Shown: positions 1-12,524 of the stretch, in pieces
How positions within the stretch are numbered: position 1 is the stretch's first letter
Layout: each line of letters starts with the position of its first letter
The notes under the pieces: generated by a model
Told to the model about the DNA's origin: nothing
The model's input: only the letters and a program-made list of their open reading frames with translations
Databases searched by the model: none
Origin: Flectonema sp. DT1601
Lineage: Eukaryota
Direction of reading: 5' to 3'
Length of the DNA: 64,000 bases
NCBI GenBank assembly: GCA_964019425.1
Contig: OZ025784.1
Span: 1,054,001-1,118,000 of the forward strand
Translations under genes and position numbers: made by a program

Positions 1-2895
1 AGACGATAAATCAATTGAAATTAGAGACTTACAACCACAAAGAAATCCACTACCAACGCCGGTCAGCTCATTCAAATTTGATAGTTCGATTGAAACCAGA
101 GATCTGCAACTCTGCAAAAAATGGGATCCTATGAACTTGACTCCTGTCATGCTATTGAAGTTATAAACAAACTCCAGAGAGGTACAATCACAAAGAAATC
201 CATTTCCAATTTCAGTTACGTTCTTAAAAGATTTTAAGTCAATCGTTTTTAGGGATTCGCAATTTCTTAAAAAACATTCTCCGATGGTTTTTAATTTCGT
301 AAAAGACGACAAATCGATGGCATTCAACGAACTGCAAGAAAAGAATGCAAAATCTGAAATTGACGTCACGTTGGATAAAGTGGACATCTGCTTTATGGAT
401 TGTAAGGATGAACACTCACTGAGGAATCCTTCGCCCAATTTAGATACTTTTTCAAAAGATATTTTTATCGTTGTCAGAGATGAACACCACGCCATGAATT
501 CCGATCCTACCTCAGAAAGATTTTTCAAACTCGAAAAATCAATTTCCAATAATGACTCGCAGCTTCTAAATGCGAAATCACCTATCTTTGTAACACTTTG
601 TAACCCCTCAATATGTAAAAGGGTTTTTAAAGACTTGCAATCAGCTAAAAATGAAACACCCAATTCAGTGACATTTCCAAGACCTGATAAGTCGATCGTC
701 TCTAGTTTGGAACATCCAGCAATAAACAAGTCAGGAATATTTTTTATACAGGACAAAGATGAAGTGTCAAAACTAATCAAAGAATCACAATTAAATAAAA
801 AACCTTCTCCGACACTTTCAACATTCTTCAAACAAGAAATATTACTGATGGTTTCCAGAGAGTTGCACTCGCTTAAAAAATCTTCTTTGATCTCAACAAT
901 GTTGGTGAAGACTGATAGGTCAACGTGCAACAACGATCGGCAATTATGAAGAAAAGCAATTCCAATAAACTTAATGCTTAACAAGACTGAAACATCTATT
1001 GATGTTAAAAGTTCACAAAAATTTAAAAATTGATCACCAATGTAAGATACATTTTTCAAAGTTGAAATATTTTCAATCACCGACAGTGATTTACACTTGT
1101 ATAAAAACCCATGGTTTATTTTTTCAACTTTTCCAAAAGAATTGAAATTCACAGATTCCAGTTTCGAACAGCTGTTCAGGAAGTCTTCTTCAACGAGAAC
1201 GAGTTTTTCAAAACTCGTCAGATCAATCGACGACAACGACCCGCAATCACAAAGAAATCGATTCCCAATTTCTTCAACTTTCTTTAAACAACACATTCCC
1301 TTAATAGATTTCAAAGATGAACACCTAAATAAAAACGCTCCCTCGATAACTTTCACATTTTTAAAAGCACTCACATCAATCAACTCAAGAGACGTACACT
1401 GAAATAAAAAAGCAGAAGCAATACAGGTTAACTTTCCAAACGCAGAAAGGTCTATCGCAGTCAAAGAAGTACATGAGTGTGCAAAATGAGTTCCAATTTT
1501 TTCAATATTTTGTAAACTGAAAATGTTTGAAATCGAAGTCAGAGATGTGCATTCAGATAAGAATCCATCTCCAACTCCAATGACTCCTTCAAAACCAGAA
1601 ACAGATGAAACAGAACTGCATCCGTTCATAAACACGCGTCCTATTTCTTTCAACTTGGTTAACTTTGAAACATCAATCGAAGTAAGCGACGAACACGAAA
1701 GTAAAAACTGCGATTTTATCTTCACCACATTACTTAAACCAGAAAGATTTTCTAACACTCGCAACGATGAACAACAAGAAGCGAAAGAGTCCTCTATTTC
1801 GATTACCTTTTTAAAAGCTGATAAGTCGATGCTTTCCAAAGACTCACATTTATGTAAGAAATCACGCCCAATGTGTTTAACTTCTGTCAACGCAGACATG
1901 TTTAAAATAGTAGTCAACGAACCACACAGAGCTAAAAACCCTTCTCCTATATTTGTAAGATTAGCGAACATCGACAAGTCAATAATATTAATAGAAGAGT
2001 TCTGAAGGAACTCTGGTTGGATTGTTGTAATATTTTTCATTCCAACAGTGCAGGTTATTGATTCCAAAGAACTACACGATTTCAAAAACGAAGACCCTAC
2101 GGACTCCAGATTTAGAAAACAAGAAAGGTCAACACAAGACAAACTTACGCAATATTCACAAAAAAAGCAACCAACAGACTTCACATTCTGAAGTGAATTT
2201 AAATTCTTAATATTTTTTAATGAGGAACAATCACTCAGAAAGTTTTTTCCAACACTTTTTATTTTATCAAAAACTAACAAGTCAACGGAAACAAGACTAA
2301 CACAGTGATCTAAGAAATTTGTACCAATACTGGTAACGTTTTGCAGACCGTTGAAATTTATATCAGTTAGATTAACGCAGTGGCTTGAGAATGAATCATG
2401 TATTTGAGTCACAGAACACAACCCAGAAAGAGTCAATGTTGTTATATCTGAGGATGCTAAAAAACCTTCTGAAGTCCAGTTTGCCACTAGTGGCGGATTC
2501 TCAAATGACATTTTTATTTTTATTTTTGGAATCCAAGATCCAGGAAATACAATCTCATTACCAACAACAAAGGTCGTCGTGTTAATCCGAAGTTGTTTTT
2601 GTGTGTGTTCGTGAAGCTCGCTGATCATTCTTCTTCTGACTACACTAGAAAACCATTCCTTACCAAACAACCTAATTATTGAAGCAACCAACTGACAATC
2701 AGGACCCACACCGTGTTTTGTTAATAGCGTGTCAGTCGGAAGTATATTTCCTTCAAAACTCAATTCCAAAAATTCAGAATTAGCTCCCCATTCAGCAGCT
2801 GCTTGTTGTGATATGTCACCTACTGAAGTTCGTGATGTCGACACCACTACCACATCTGAGTAACCAACATCAGGACATGAGACAATTACTTGCAT
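1..2895 (-). CDS. Ubiquitin-like N-terminal domain plus long BspA-type leucine-rich-repeat protein (3' end runs off the window)
   Basis: Manual translation from ATG at 2895: MQVIVSCPDVGYSDVVVVSTSRTSVGDISQQAAAEWG..., then repeats such as 'LQNVTSIGTNFLDHC'. Absent from the ORF track, consistent with no stop inside the window; the + strand ORFs here are antisense shadows. Confidence 0.85.
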   Translation of the reverse strand, partial: MQVIVSCPDVGYSDVVVVSTSRTSVGDISQQAAAEWGANSEFLELSFEGNILPTDTLLTKHGVGPDCQLVASIIRLFGKEWFSSVVRRRMISELHEHTQKQLRINTTTFVVGNEIVFPGSWIPKIKIKMSFENPPLVANWTSEGFLASSDITTLTLSGLCSVTQIHDSFSSHCVNLTDINFNGLQNVTSIGTNFLDHCVSLVSVDLLVFDKIKSVGKNFLSDCSSLKNIKNLNSLQNVKSVGCFFCEYCVSLSCVDLSCFLNLESVGSSFLKSCSSLESITCTVGMKNITTIQPEFLQNSSINIIDLSMFANLTNIGEGFLALCGSLTTILNMSALTEVKHIGRDFLHKCESLESIDLSAFKKVIEIEDSFASCCSSLRVLENLSGLSNVVKIKSQFLLSCSSLTSIDVSKLTKLKEIGRVFMNGCSSVSSVSGFEGVIGVGDGFLSECTSLTSISNIFSLQNIEKIGTHFAHSCTSLTAIDLSAFGKLTCIASAFLFQCTSLELIDVSAFKNVKVIEGAFLFRCSSLKSIKGMCCLKKVEEIGNRFLCDCGSLSSIDLTSFEKLVLVEEDFLNSCSKLESVNFNSFGKVEKINHGFLYKCKSLSVIENISTLKNVSYIGDQFLNFCELLTSIDVSVLLSIKFIGIAFLHNCRSLLHVDLSVFTNIVEIKEDFLSECNSLETISNISCLKNVESVGEGFLFNCDSLISFDTSSLSCIKNIPDLFIAGCSKLETIDLSGLGNVTELGVSFLADCKSLKTLLHIEGLQSVTKIGDFAFRSCESLLEIDFSSLKNLSEVGSEFMAWCSSLTTIKISFEKVSKLGEGFLSECSSLQSIKQMSTLSNVTSISDFAFFSCSSLNAIDLSSFTKLKTIGECFLRNCESLKTIDLKSFKNVTEIGNGFLCDCTSLEFVYNFNSMTGVKFIGSHFLQSCRSLVSIELSNLNELTGVGSGFLCGCKSLISIDLSS

Positions 2896-3594
2896 TTGGG
2901 TGTCTTGAATTCCCTGTCTGAACCATAAAATAATAAAGAGCAACTTTACACGAGACGCATCAAGATTTTCAGCTGTCCCTCAGAGATGGCATGGCTGAAT
3001 GGTAAATAACCAAACATCAGGACATCATAATCTACTCTGAAGTGAATTAAATATTTTTAAAATTTTCATCACCAAACTCACGAATGACGCTTCCTTGCAA
3101 AGACACACTGATACAAAAAAGAGTTAGTTTTCAAAGTACTCATTGAAAGAATCGATAAGCATGTATCAATGAATGCAAAAAAATAACGAAATCGAAACAT
3201 GCCATGAAAGAATAGGCTTATAATATAACATAAGAATTGAGAGGGGAAAACACGGTTAGACATTAGAAACACATTCACAGTTGGCTCAAACGGAAGCCTG
3301 TTGTTTTTTAATAATATAGAAATAAAGATATAGAAATTATAATGCGGCTATAGCGCATTCATTCTCCTTTGGAAGAAACTCTCGGTCTCCTCAAGGAAAG
3401 GATTCATTTGTGTGAACCTCAAGAAAGATGAGGTGATTACATATTCATTGTCACCTTTGTATATTTAGTGTGTTCTCGAATGCGCACACTGGCTACACAA
3501 AAGGGTTTACGATTTGACTGGCTGGCTGGACGGCAAACACGTCAAAATCAAATTCAAATAAGAGGGAGAGAGAATGAGAAACAGAACGAACTAC

Positions 3595-4611
3595 TTAGTT
3601 GTTCACAACACTGTGGACAGCGTCATTGGCGAGACCACACTTGTTCTCACCACGAACGATTCTGTAGTAACCTTCCTCTCCCCAGTCAGCTGCCCATGAG
3701 TTCTTAATCTTCCAGTAGTCAACACCGTTCTCAGAACCGAATCCAACAATCAACACAGCGTGGTCGAGTTCAAGTCCAGAGCATCTCTTTGGGTTGTCAA
3801 TTCCACCCTTGTAGTCCTGCATAGGGGTGGCATTGATTCCGATGGTGATAGGTCCAACGTGAGGAAGCTGCGACTCGATCTTCGACTCACCAGAAGCGTG
3901 CTTCGACACCTGGTACCACGTCTTGATTGAAGCAGCGATCGGTTTCTCCTTCGCCTCCTTGCAAGGTTCAACAAATCCAAGCTTGCTAGTGTACGGATAG
4001 TTCTCTTCGGTAGTGAGTCCTCCTTGTTTGATCACCCATGCGAAAGCTGTCTCTTGAAGGCCTCCACCACACCCTGAGCTGGTCTTGTCACACGACACCA
4101 ACTCCTGCTCAGAAAGGGAAGTGAGTTCGTGTCCAGCCAAGAACCAAGTTCCTTCAATGTCTCCGGTGGTTCCGAAACTCCAGCAAGATCCACACTGTCC
4201 CTGGTTCTTCACCTTGGTCACTGCTCCCTTGGTGGTCCAGTCGAATGAGGTCGCGTTCTTCAGGTTGCTGAGTTCAGGGAATCTCTTGCAAGCAGTGCAC
4301 TCACCATCCCATTCCGCGACAGGCGGGTTGCTCTTCTGAAGAGGGCGGGCGCTCAAGTACGTTGCCTTGAACTCCTCAGGAGTCATATCACTGAACTTCG
4401 TGATTCCGTGAGTTGGGTTTCCGGAGACCGCAACTCTGTCGAGCGACGCCTTGAAGGCTTCGTATCTCTTCGCTTCCTCAACCTCGCTGACGTACTTTTT
4501 GTTGTACTGGTTCTTGAACGAGTCAAACGCAAGGTGGGCAACGTCATCAGCCGAGGCTGTAAGTCCGGCAGCCAGACAAGGAACCGACAAAAGGGCGAGC
4601 GACAACTTCAT
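3595..4611 (-). CDS. Papain-family (C1A) cathepsin L/F-like cysteine protease with signal peptide and I29 prodomain
   Basis: QGQCGSCWSF catalytic Cys motif, LDHAVLIVGFG, KNSW; hydrophobic N-terminus. Confidence 0.95.
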   Translation of the reverse strand: MKLSLALLSVPCLAAGLTASADDVAHLAFDSFKNQYNKKYVSEVEEAKRYEAFKASLDRVAVSGNPTHGITKFSDMTPEEFKATYLSARPLQKSNPPVAEWDGECTACKRFPELSNLKNATSFDWTTKGAVTKVKNQGQCGSCWSFGTTGDIEGTWFLAGHELTSLSEQELVSCDKTSSGCGGGLQETAFAWVIKQGGLTTEENYPYTSKLGFVEPCKEAKEKPIAASIKTWYQVSKHASGESKIESQLPHVGPITIGINATPMQDYKGGIDNPKRCSGLELDHAVLIVGFGSENGVDYWKIKNSWAADWGEEGYYRIVRGENKCGLANDAVHSVVNN

Positions 4612-4836
4612 ATTTTATGAGTTCGGAAAGCTGTTGTGGTGTGTTGTGTAAATAATAATCAAAAACCTAATAATTGCGTTAACAATAATTATTTCATCTA
4701 TGAGCTAATGAACTTATAATCAGTCGAACCATAAAATAATAAAATATCTATTGAGATATCAAACGATACCTTGTTTTTTTTTTTTTTTTTTTTTTTTTTT
4801 GTTGGTACTAAAAATTTCTTCTAAAGGCAGAAAGAC

Positions 4837-6711
4837 TTACAATTCTGTTTCAGGAACAGATGCCCTTTCCACAATATGAAAAGGATAAAAGATATCATCA
4901 CTCACGATTGGTAAGAAAGGCGGTGACTCAATCGCATCTCCCTCAGTACCGATGTTCGTATCTCTGATGAAGGATAGCCTCCATTGAAGAAGGAATTTTT
5001 GATTATGAGTATCATCCAAAGTATTTGTGTAGGTCCACGTTGAATAAATAGGAGTTCGTTTAACCCCAGCAATAACATCTTGTGGATTGTAAACCTTCCC
5101 AGTCCTTCTAAGGACGACAGTGTACTCGTATCCGACTAAGAATTCGCAACTACTTCTCACGGTTCCCATGAATGACGTTCTGTCAGATTGTGGTGGACTC
5201 TGTTTTTTTATACGTTTTTTTTTTTTTTTTTTCAAAAAAACGAACAAAAAAAAAAAAAAAAAAAAAAAAAAAGCAACAATAACACAAACCACTACAGTAG
5301 TCCAATCTTCAGCAGTCGCTGGATTACTGTTAGCAAAAGCAGCAACAGAAACAGGAAGTGCTGCTGTCTGTGTTGGTAGAACTCTATTAAGGATACCTTC
5401 TCTACAGGATTCAGTAAATTGTTGTTTATTAAGAGTCACGAGACATCCACTTGATGAAATATCAAATAAGAACTTAACCTGTCGAGTACCAGCAGTAGCA
5501 CAGTCATGTCCAAAAGGAAGAGACAACAACCCAGTAGGTGTCCTAATTTGATCACCTTTTACATATCCTGGAGCACCACTGTATCCAGGTATAGGTAGAA
5601 GAGCTAAGTCGGTGTTCTTGTCTAACCAAGCAACACCATAGTTTTGAGAAAACGAGTTGGTATTTCGTTGGATAGTTGCTGTTCTGATAATGATGTTAAA
5701 GTTTAAGAATGAAATCCCTTGATTGACTGGGTACTCAGATTTGATTGAAATTTGAACCGACTGAACAGCGTTAATACAAGTACCTGTTGCTTCGTCAAAA
5801 GTAGTTTGAACAGCAGGATCGAGTGCTGCTCCACTACTATCAAAGATAGTTACTACCGCTGCTAATGATCTTGCTCCAAGGTTTGCTCCTGTTAATTCAG
5901 GACCCTCAGGAGGCGCGACTCCTAAACTTAACCATCTTGATATCGCTAACAGTGGAGATGTACATTGTTGTCGTAAATTAGTAATCAATCTCAGACAACT
6001 ATTACTCTCAAGGATTACATTCCTAAGGAAGTATGCTGGAGTTGCATCACTACAGATTCCATTCAATGGCCTCGGTAGTATTAAATACGGTAGTGCAGTT
6101 GGAGTTGGTGTTAATTTCACAGCTGTGACTCGATCACCAACTCGATACCACACTCCCGGAAGTACATTGCCGGAGTTCGGTTGATTTCCTGCTGATGGAG
6201 GAGATGTCCAATCACCGTTGAAAGTTTCTCTGTCGTAGTTCCAAACATTTCTAAAACGTGTCTCAGATTCTATAGCCGTAATACTTTCAACTGTCGATAA
6301 AGGATTTACTGTGAGTGGATTATTGTAAGAAGAGTCATCAAGTCCAAGGTTGTCGTGAACTATGCAGACGGTACTCTTTTCAGCTTCTGTGTTCCTTGTT
6401 GCGATCTGTCTTGAATAATATTCATCTTCTGTGTTAACAATTGCTTCAACACTTCCTGTCGGATTTATATAAAAAGGTTCGAGTAGCGACACTGGAGGTT
6501 CGGTACATTTGACACCTTTCTTGTCTCCGTATTTCTCCCTCCTACATTTCGTAAACGCTAAAAATATTGTCCTGGAATCGCAGTCCGTGTCGCAACAGCA
6601 ATTCGCATCGCAATATGCTTCTGTAAAGTCACAGATACAGTTTCCAGTTCTGTCAACTGTTTGAGTGTTCACAAGTAATAACAGTGACAGGGATGCTACC
6701 CAGATCTTCAT
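4837..6711 (-). CDS. Tectonic family ciliary transition-zone protein; probable 90-nt in-frame intron 5289-5200
   Basis: Signal peptide, CICDFTEAYCDANCCCDTDC motif, SGAPGYVKG, DDIFYPF. The poly-F/poly-K stretch corresponds to a GTTTGT...AAACAG intron. Confidence 0.85.
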   Translation of the reverse strand: MKIWVASLSLLLLVNTQTVDRTGNCICDFTEAYCDANCCCDTDCDSRTIFLAFTKCRREKYGDKKGVKCTEPPVSLLEPFYINPTGSVEAIVNTEDEYYSRQIATRNTEAEKSTVCIVHDNLGLDDSSYNNPLTVNPLSTVESITAIESETRFRNVWNYDRETFNGDWTSPPSAGNQPNSGNVLPGVWYRVGDRVTAVKLTPTPTALPYLILPRPLNGICSDATPAYFLRNVILESNSCLRLITNLRQQCTSPLLAISRWLSLGVAPPEGPELTGANLGARSLAAVVTIFDSSGAALDPAVQTTFDEATGTCINAVQSVQISIKSEYPVNQGISFLNFNIIIRTATIQRNTNSFSQNYGVAWLDKNTDLALLPIPGYSGAPGYVKGDQIRTPTGLLSLPFGHDCATAGTRQVKFLFDISSSGCLVTLNKQQFTESCREGILNRVLPTQTAALPVSVAAFANSNPATAEDWTTVVVCVIVAFFFFFFFFLFVFLKKKKKKRIKKQSPPQSDRTSFMGTVRSSCEFLVGYEYTVVLRRTGKVYNPQDVIAGVKRTPIYSTWTYTNTLDDTHNQKFLLQWRLSFIRDTNIGTEGDAIESPPFLPIVSDDIFYPFHIVERASVPETEL

Positions 6712-7048
6712 TTTATTGTTTTATACCTATCTGTGAAAATATAAATAAGATAACTGAAGTAGTAGTAAATATAACTCAACAGAGGTGTTCCCTTCTAAAA
6801 GGATTTCGTATCAAAGAGAAAGAGAAAGAGAGGACAAGTAACTCATTGGAATTGATACCACAACTGTTTAAGTTATGGAAAAGATCAACAGGTTAGAAGA
6901 TCCAACAGGTCGTTACTATGAGGGGGATACTCTTTGTTTTGAATTATTAATAAATTTAATCAAAAGTACGATAGTTAAAGGACGACTTGATTAGCCAGCT
7001 AGGGTTAGATTAGCCAACAGGAAGAGTCTTTATAAATAATAGAATAGC

Positions 7049-7433
7049 CTATGGCTTACATCGAGTCCGAATAAATACTTCATCAACGGTTGCTTCTAAA
7101 AATGCACATTTTCGTCTGCATAGCGAAGCTTGTGAATGTGAGTCTGTCCACTGTGGGCATTTGTATGGTCTGTTTCTGTTGTAGTTTCCTTCTGATCTGT
7201 GATACCGTTCAGAGCTTCCCTGACTTCTTTGATGAATGTATCTCTGTTTCATTTTGTCAACAGTTTTTGGAAGACTTTTGTTATTACCAAAACCACAGTC
7301 GGGATTCTTCTCAGTCCACTTCTTGCTTCTGATGTGTCTCTTTGAAAGACCAGGTAGCTTGTCCCACTTTTCATCTGCTTTGTGAAGTCTTTTACGTGCA
7401 ACAGATTGTCGTTGATACTCAATGTAGGACATA
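7049..7433 (-). CDS. Small basic hypothetical protein
   Basis: ORF from ATG (MSYIEYQRQS...) on the coding strand with normal composition; no recognised motif. Confidence 0.5.
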
Positions 7434-7725
7434 TTAATCAGGAGGTTGTATTCCTGTGATGCGAGGAAAATAAAAAAGTACAAATAAAAAAAAAAAAAAA
7501 ATTAAAAAAAAAAAAAACAACAAAAAACACCAAATCGCCGTCAGAAAAAAAAAAATAATTATTTTCAATTTACTTCAATACTTTTTTTTTTTTTTTTTTT
7601 TTTTTTTCCAAAGTATGTTTTTTATAAAGTAGGGCTGCCATAAGGCTGACCTGATAGGTTTAACGAAAATACAGCGACTATGATTTTACAAGTCATTAAA
7701 GCAACGAAGTTAGAATGAGGATACA

Positions 7726-9246
7726 TTAAGAAGTGGAACCATACATATTTTTAACGAGTGGAATGAGACGCTTGACCTCAGTCATTTCCAGATGGGGAAT
7801 CAAGAACGGTACGGATACCGTAAAGAGATTCATTTCAGGCCACAAACATCTTCCCATTCCTTCAAGAACTATAATTGAAATTATCAGTTGAGTGAAATTC
7901 GGGTCCAACGTTACGCAGTTTTGACGAACAGCTGACAAGGCATCGTTGAGGACGTCTCCAATTTTTATATCTTGAAGACTGAATGAACGATGTTTTTTAG
8001 CACTAACTCGGTCGATTATACTTTGCATATCACGTTTGAATCTGTTTTTATCTCTACACCTGTGATATTCCGATCCCGCAATCATAAGTTCTGCTGCAAG
8101 AGATCCGTCAGCAACACACACGGCTGAGAACAGTTCAATAAAATTTTTCTTATCTTTTTCATTTAGCGATGACACCAACCCAGCGTCAAGTATAACAAGT
8201 TGTGGTTCACCAGTAGCTGTTTTTGACACCAGAATGTTACCTGGATGGAGATCTGAATGAACGAAATTATCATTAAATACCATTTTAAAGAATGCTTTGC
8301 ATCCAAGCTTCGCAATACGTCGATACTCCGAAGTGGATGCTTTAATAGAACCGTCCATGTACTCTCTTACTGAGTAGCCTTCCATGAATTCTTCAACGAG
8401 AACGCATTGACTGCTTAAGAAGGGTTCTGGAAAGATAATTCCTTCCTCATCTTTAAAATTATTTCTAAATTTTGATAAGTTTTCTGCCTCAACTCTCAGA
8501 TCTAGTTGTACCCTCATCAGAGACTTGAATTCTTCAAAACACCTCATCAAATTAAGCCATTCACTCTGAGGCAGCATAAAATTAACAATCGCAACACAGG
8601 CTTTTATAACTCCGAGATCTAATTCGATGTTTTCAAGAATCCCCGGATGCATTACTTTAATAGCAACTTTACGACCTTTATAATATCCCTCATGAACTTG
8701 AGCAATACAACCACTATGGATGGCTGTTCTCTTGATGTCAGTTAGATCTTCTAATGGTAATCCTGATTGTTTTAATACAGCTTGTGATTCATACCAGTAA
8801 TGAGTTGGGGCATTTTCTTGTAACCGTGCAACTACTGAGCAAAATTCTTTTCCAAAGATATCTTGTCTAGTTGCAGCCCATTGTCCTAGTTTAAGAAAAC
8901 ATGGTCCAGAACTCATGAAAGCGTTCAATAGCATCTGATGGAGAATTCTCATTGAACAAAGACGTGGATGAATTAGATGGAGTATTGCTGCCCATCCAAG
9001 TGGTATTATTACACGAAATATTAAATAAGAAACTCTCATGACTACTTTCAAATGAAGCCAAAGAGTTGCTTTAGGTGCCGTGTAAGCAACTTTTGCTACA
9101 ACAGAACTCTTTGGAATCTTCTCATCAAGGGTGGTTGAGAAAGCAAAACAATCATTAGTTGGTGTTATAGCATTCCATCCAATACCCACAACCGTTCCAC
9201 TTCCAAGAGCGAGTGCTGCTCGTATAGCGTTTGCTTTGACTCGCAT
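7726..9246 (-). CDS. ABC1/UbiB/ADCK atypical kinase (ADCK2-like), probably mitochondrial
   Basis: FLKLGQWAATRQD, GCIAQVH, VAIKV, HSDLHPGN, LDAGL motifs. Confidence 0.92.
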   Translation of the reverse strand: MRVKANAIRAALALGSGTVVGIGWNAITPTNDCFAFSTTLDEKIPKSSVVAKVAYTAPKATLWLHLKVVMRVSYLIFRVIIPLGWAAILHLIHPRLCSMRILHQMLLNAFMSSGPCFLKLGQWAATRQDIFGKEFCSVVARLQENAPTHYWYESQAVLKQSGLPLEDLTDIKRTAIHSGCIAQVHEGYYKGRKVAIKVMHPGILENIELDLGVIKACVAIVNFMLPQSEWLNLMRCFEEFKSLMRVQLDLRVEAENLSKFRNNFKDEEGIIFPEPFLSSQCVLVEEFMEGYSVREYMDGSIKASTSEYRRIAKLGCKAFFKMVFNDNFVHSDLHPGNILVSKTATGEPQLVILDAGLVSSLNEKDKKNFIELFSAVCVADGSLAAELMIAGSEYHRCRDKNRFKRDMQSIIDRVSAKKHRSFSLQDIKIGDVLNDALSAVRQNCVTLDPNFTQLIISIIVLEGMGRCLWPEMNLFTVSVPFLIPHLEMTEVKRLIPLVKNMYGSTS

Positions 9247-9508
9247 CTTTTTTTCCGAAGACTAATGATGAGAAATTTAAATTTAAAATAAACAACCAAG
9301 AATGAAACAAACAGAAACAAGCCTCCCCCCCATCATCAATACATCGTTCACACTATTCTATCTGTAGGTAATAAGAAATACTTCAACGTCAACCATTCCA
9401 CTACAATCATTCATTTGGTTAATCAAATAAAGTAATCCGCCAACGTGAAAACGAGGCAGCGAGACGGTCAAGAACCTTAAAAAAAAGACAAAAAAAAAAA
9501 CTGAGAAA

Positions 9509-12500
9509 TCAATCATCATCAAGAAGCGGAGAATCCCTGATGTAAATAGAATGGTATTCGTGAATATATTTTATAAAGTTAGAAAATGATGTTGAAGCAT
9601 CCAACGTGTCGACTGACACCAGTCGACGCCGTTCAGATTCAGGAAGTAGCTTCAATTCAGCAGCAAGCTGAAGACTTGTTGTTTTCCCCTCGTGTTTAAT
9701 TGATAAAAACTTTCCATCAGCAATGTGTGTGCAGAGAGCGAGTTGTAAAAGTTCTTTAAATGAATTATAAAAGTGTAATTCATGTTTTAATATTTTATTA
9801 CCAACATTTGGATTCTTCGTGAGAATCGTTCTTATTGCTGATCCGTGTTGTGTGAACATCTCTTTTAAACTTCCCCTCCAAGTATTACTGCTGACTAGTC
9901 CCCATACAGATTCTAGACTGTCGGCTAAAGTTCTTGCTAATTCAACATCGTCACTGCGTTGGTTTTCTTTGACCCATTTTGCGGGGTTTCCAATCGCATA
10001 TTTTTTACCTTTGCGAACGGTGCTTACAACTTCTGTTGTTGACGGGAGAATAGGACACTTTGCATCTGGGGGAGGGTACGCACGACAAGATAAGTATTGT
10101 TTAGGAACTGACCAATCGAGTCGATCAGCAGACTTATGAAGTTCCTCCACAGGAAGTAGTAGTCGTAGCCAGGTATGGATTCCCATCGGACGGTGAAGAC
10201 GAATGTCAGCAGAACTCCAAAACTCATCATAAGTTGAAGTCTGTCTAAGTATTCCACCCATCGGATCAGAGACAGGAACTACAGTTGGATCACCTCTCGC
10301 TAATCCTTCCAATACTAAGTGTGCTGTGTCTAATGTTCTTCTCTCACCTTCACATATCGCAATCTCTTTTTCAATCGCAGCGATTTCAATTTGCTTTCTA
10401 TTATCAATATCAGCGTGTAAACTTGTTCTTCTTTCATTCAATGCGCTTACTAAAGAATCAATCTCATCATCGACATGTCTATGAAGGCTGTCCTTCTCAC
10501 ATGGTAATGCGATGGCTAATTCATGAGCTGACTTCACCAATCGTTGGAGTTCACCTTCCTTTTCACTGAGTCTTTGAATTTCAGAACTACAATGAGAAGC
10601 TAATGACACCAAACCTTTCCCAGCATACTTCTCTCTCGTACATTGCTCACAGATTAGACTACGATCGTAGGCACAAAAGTACTTAAGTTGTTCGTAGATG
10701 TGACGAGTGCAGCAGAACGGTTCTCGAAGTTTCTGTTGAAGTCGATCGTGTAAACGTCTACTAGAACGATGAGCAGTAAAAGCATATCGAGAAAGTCTTT
10801 TTATATAAACAGATATTACGACTTCATCCTCAACAGTGTGTCGACCTCCTCCTCTTTGTCGTCTGTTGTTGTCAGTTGATCGTCTTCCGTCGTAAACAGA
10901 ACGACGATCACCAGATAATCCAATTGATGATGCCATTGAGTAGTGTCTTGATGAGCTGAATGAAGCGCTCTCTGTTATGTTACTTTGTCTACCGTCACCT
11001 TCTATTGAACAGTTTAGTTCTTCTTCTTCTACTCCTTCTGCTTCTTCAGTTTCATCATCACACACTCTGTTGTCATCCCACGTCTTGTCAACAAATACAC
11101 TTCCTTGACATTCCAATAACTGGTTTTAGTTTGATTTGATTCAAGAAGTTTGAAGAGAACAATAAACGATAAAGTGAGGAGGAGGAAGGGGGAGGATATC
11201 ATACATTAGAATTATCAATATCTCCAATCTTTTTATCATCTTTATCAGATTGTTTTGTACCTTTTGATCTTACTGCGGCTTTTCTGTTGTTCTCAACAAT
11301 TGGTTCTTTCTCTGCAGCACGTTGGAAGACACTGAATGGCATGAAGAGACAAACTGTATTGTGTCTCAAACAAGCTGTTTTCGCAACGCTAACAGCAGAG
11401 TTTGCCTTCGATGAAAATTGTTGTTGTGATTTAGTTGGAGAAGTTGGTATAGCTCCTTGTACTAATCGAGGTGGAACCATAATTAAGTTCGATAAATCAC
11501 AAATAGCAAGTTCTCTGTCTTTTCCGCTGACGTTTATTTTCCACCAGTTGATTTCTGATGCGTCTTTTCTTGAATCAGTCGGCGCATTGATTTTTGCTCC
11601 TTTTTTCGCAGTAGATTTCTTGGCTGTAGGTTTATTCAAGAGTCCTAGTAACCCTTCTCGTAGGTCGTCTCGTTCTTTATCTTTGCTGGAATCGACGACT
11701 TCTCTGGGACCTGCTTGTCCCAAAACAATCATTAATGGAACACAACATTTTTCATTTACCAAATTTAGAGGAACGTGAAAGGCGAATGAATCTTGTATCA
11801 GAGGAAACCAAATCGGAAGACAAAACAAGATAGAAAAAGAACCCACCCAATTAACCAAAACTGGCCATTTTGGTTTCGCAGCAGCCGTCAACAATAATCT
11901 CCCAAAAGTAGGAGGATCACCCAGAAGAGGCGACTCAGTTGATAATTTTGAATGAAAAATAATTGAAAGTGTCGGCACAGGTGTTATAAGTATAAAAACA
12001 ACAAGTAAAACAACTGGCGGGAATGGTAAATCGTCTAAGGTCACACAGTCCTCTTCAATGCAAGGCATGTCATTACCGATAGAAAGCCATTTATTAACCA
12101 GAAGATTCTCTAAAACAATAACATCAGCAAGATTGCATTGTAAATTATGAGCAAGTTCACAATGAATTCTTAGATAGTGATCGTCGAACATTTCATCGAA
12201 TAAATTTGAAACTTTAACGACGGTGTTGGTGATTAACTGATCAGCGTGTTGAAGAGTAGGAAACGGTCCCAACCCTCTGACAATAGCATCAGTGTTCATT
12301 AATCTACCCAACGGGAGTGTATTGAACTTCGCGGTAATGAACTCCAATCGATCTTCTGTTATAGTCGGAGCCTTCTCTAAGCTGACATAATTCAACGTGT
12401 AAGTATGAATAGTTGCAACGACAGCCGCATGTTCTTCCTCAGCAGTCTTGTGCGCTGATAATAGTTGCTTTAGAACTTTGACTCCCCGACCTGTCTTTTT

Positions 12501-12524
12501 AACATCTTTTTTTATGATTGGCAT
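9509..12524 (-). CDS. Large protein with C-terminal B-box/coiled-coil region; ORFs 11199-12524 and 9509-11116 probably joined by an 85-nt intron (11204-11120)
   Basis: B-box-like CTRH..EQLKYFCAYDRSLICEQC. The downstream ORF lacks an early ATG; a GTATGA...AAAACCAG intron joins ...DNSN to LLECQ... in phase 0. Confidence 0.7.

Noticed and set aside
284..2005. Three + strand ORFs of 101-221 aa
   Set aside because: Antisense shadows of the minus-strand LRR gene.
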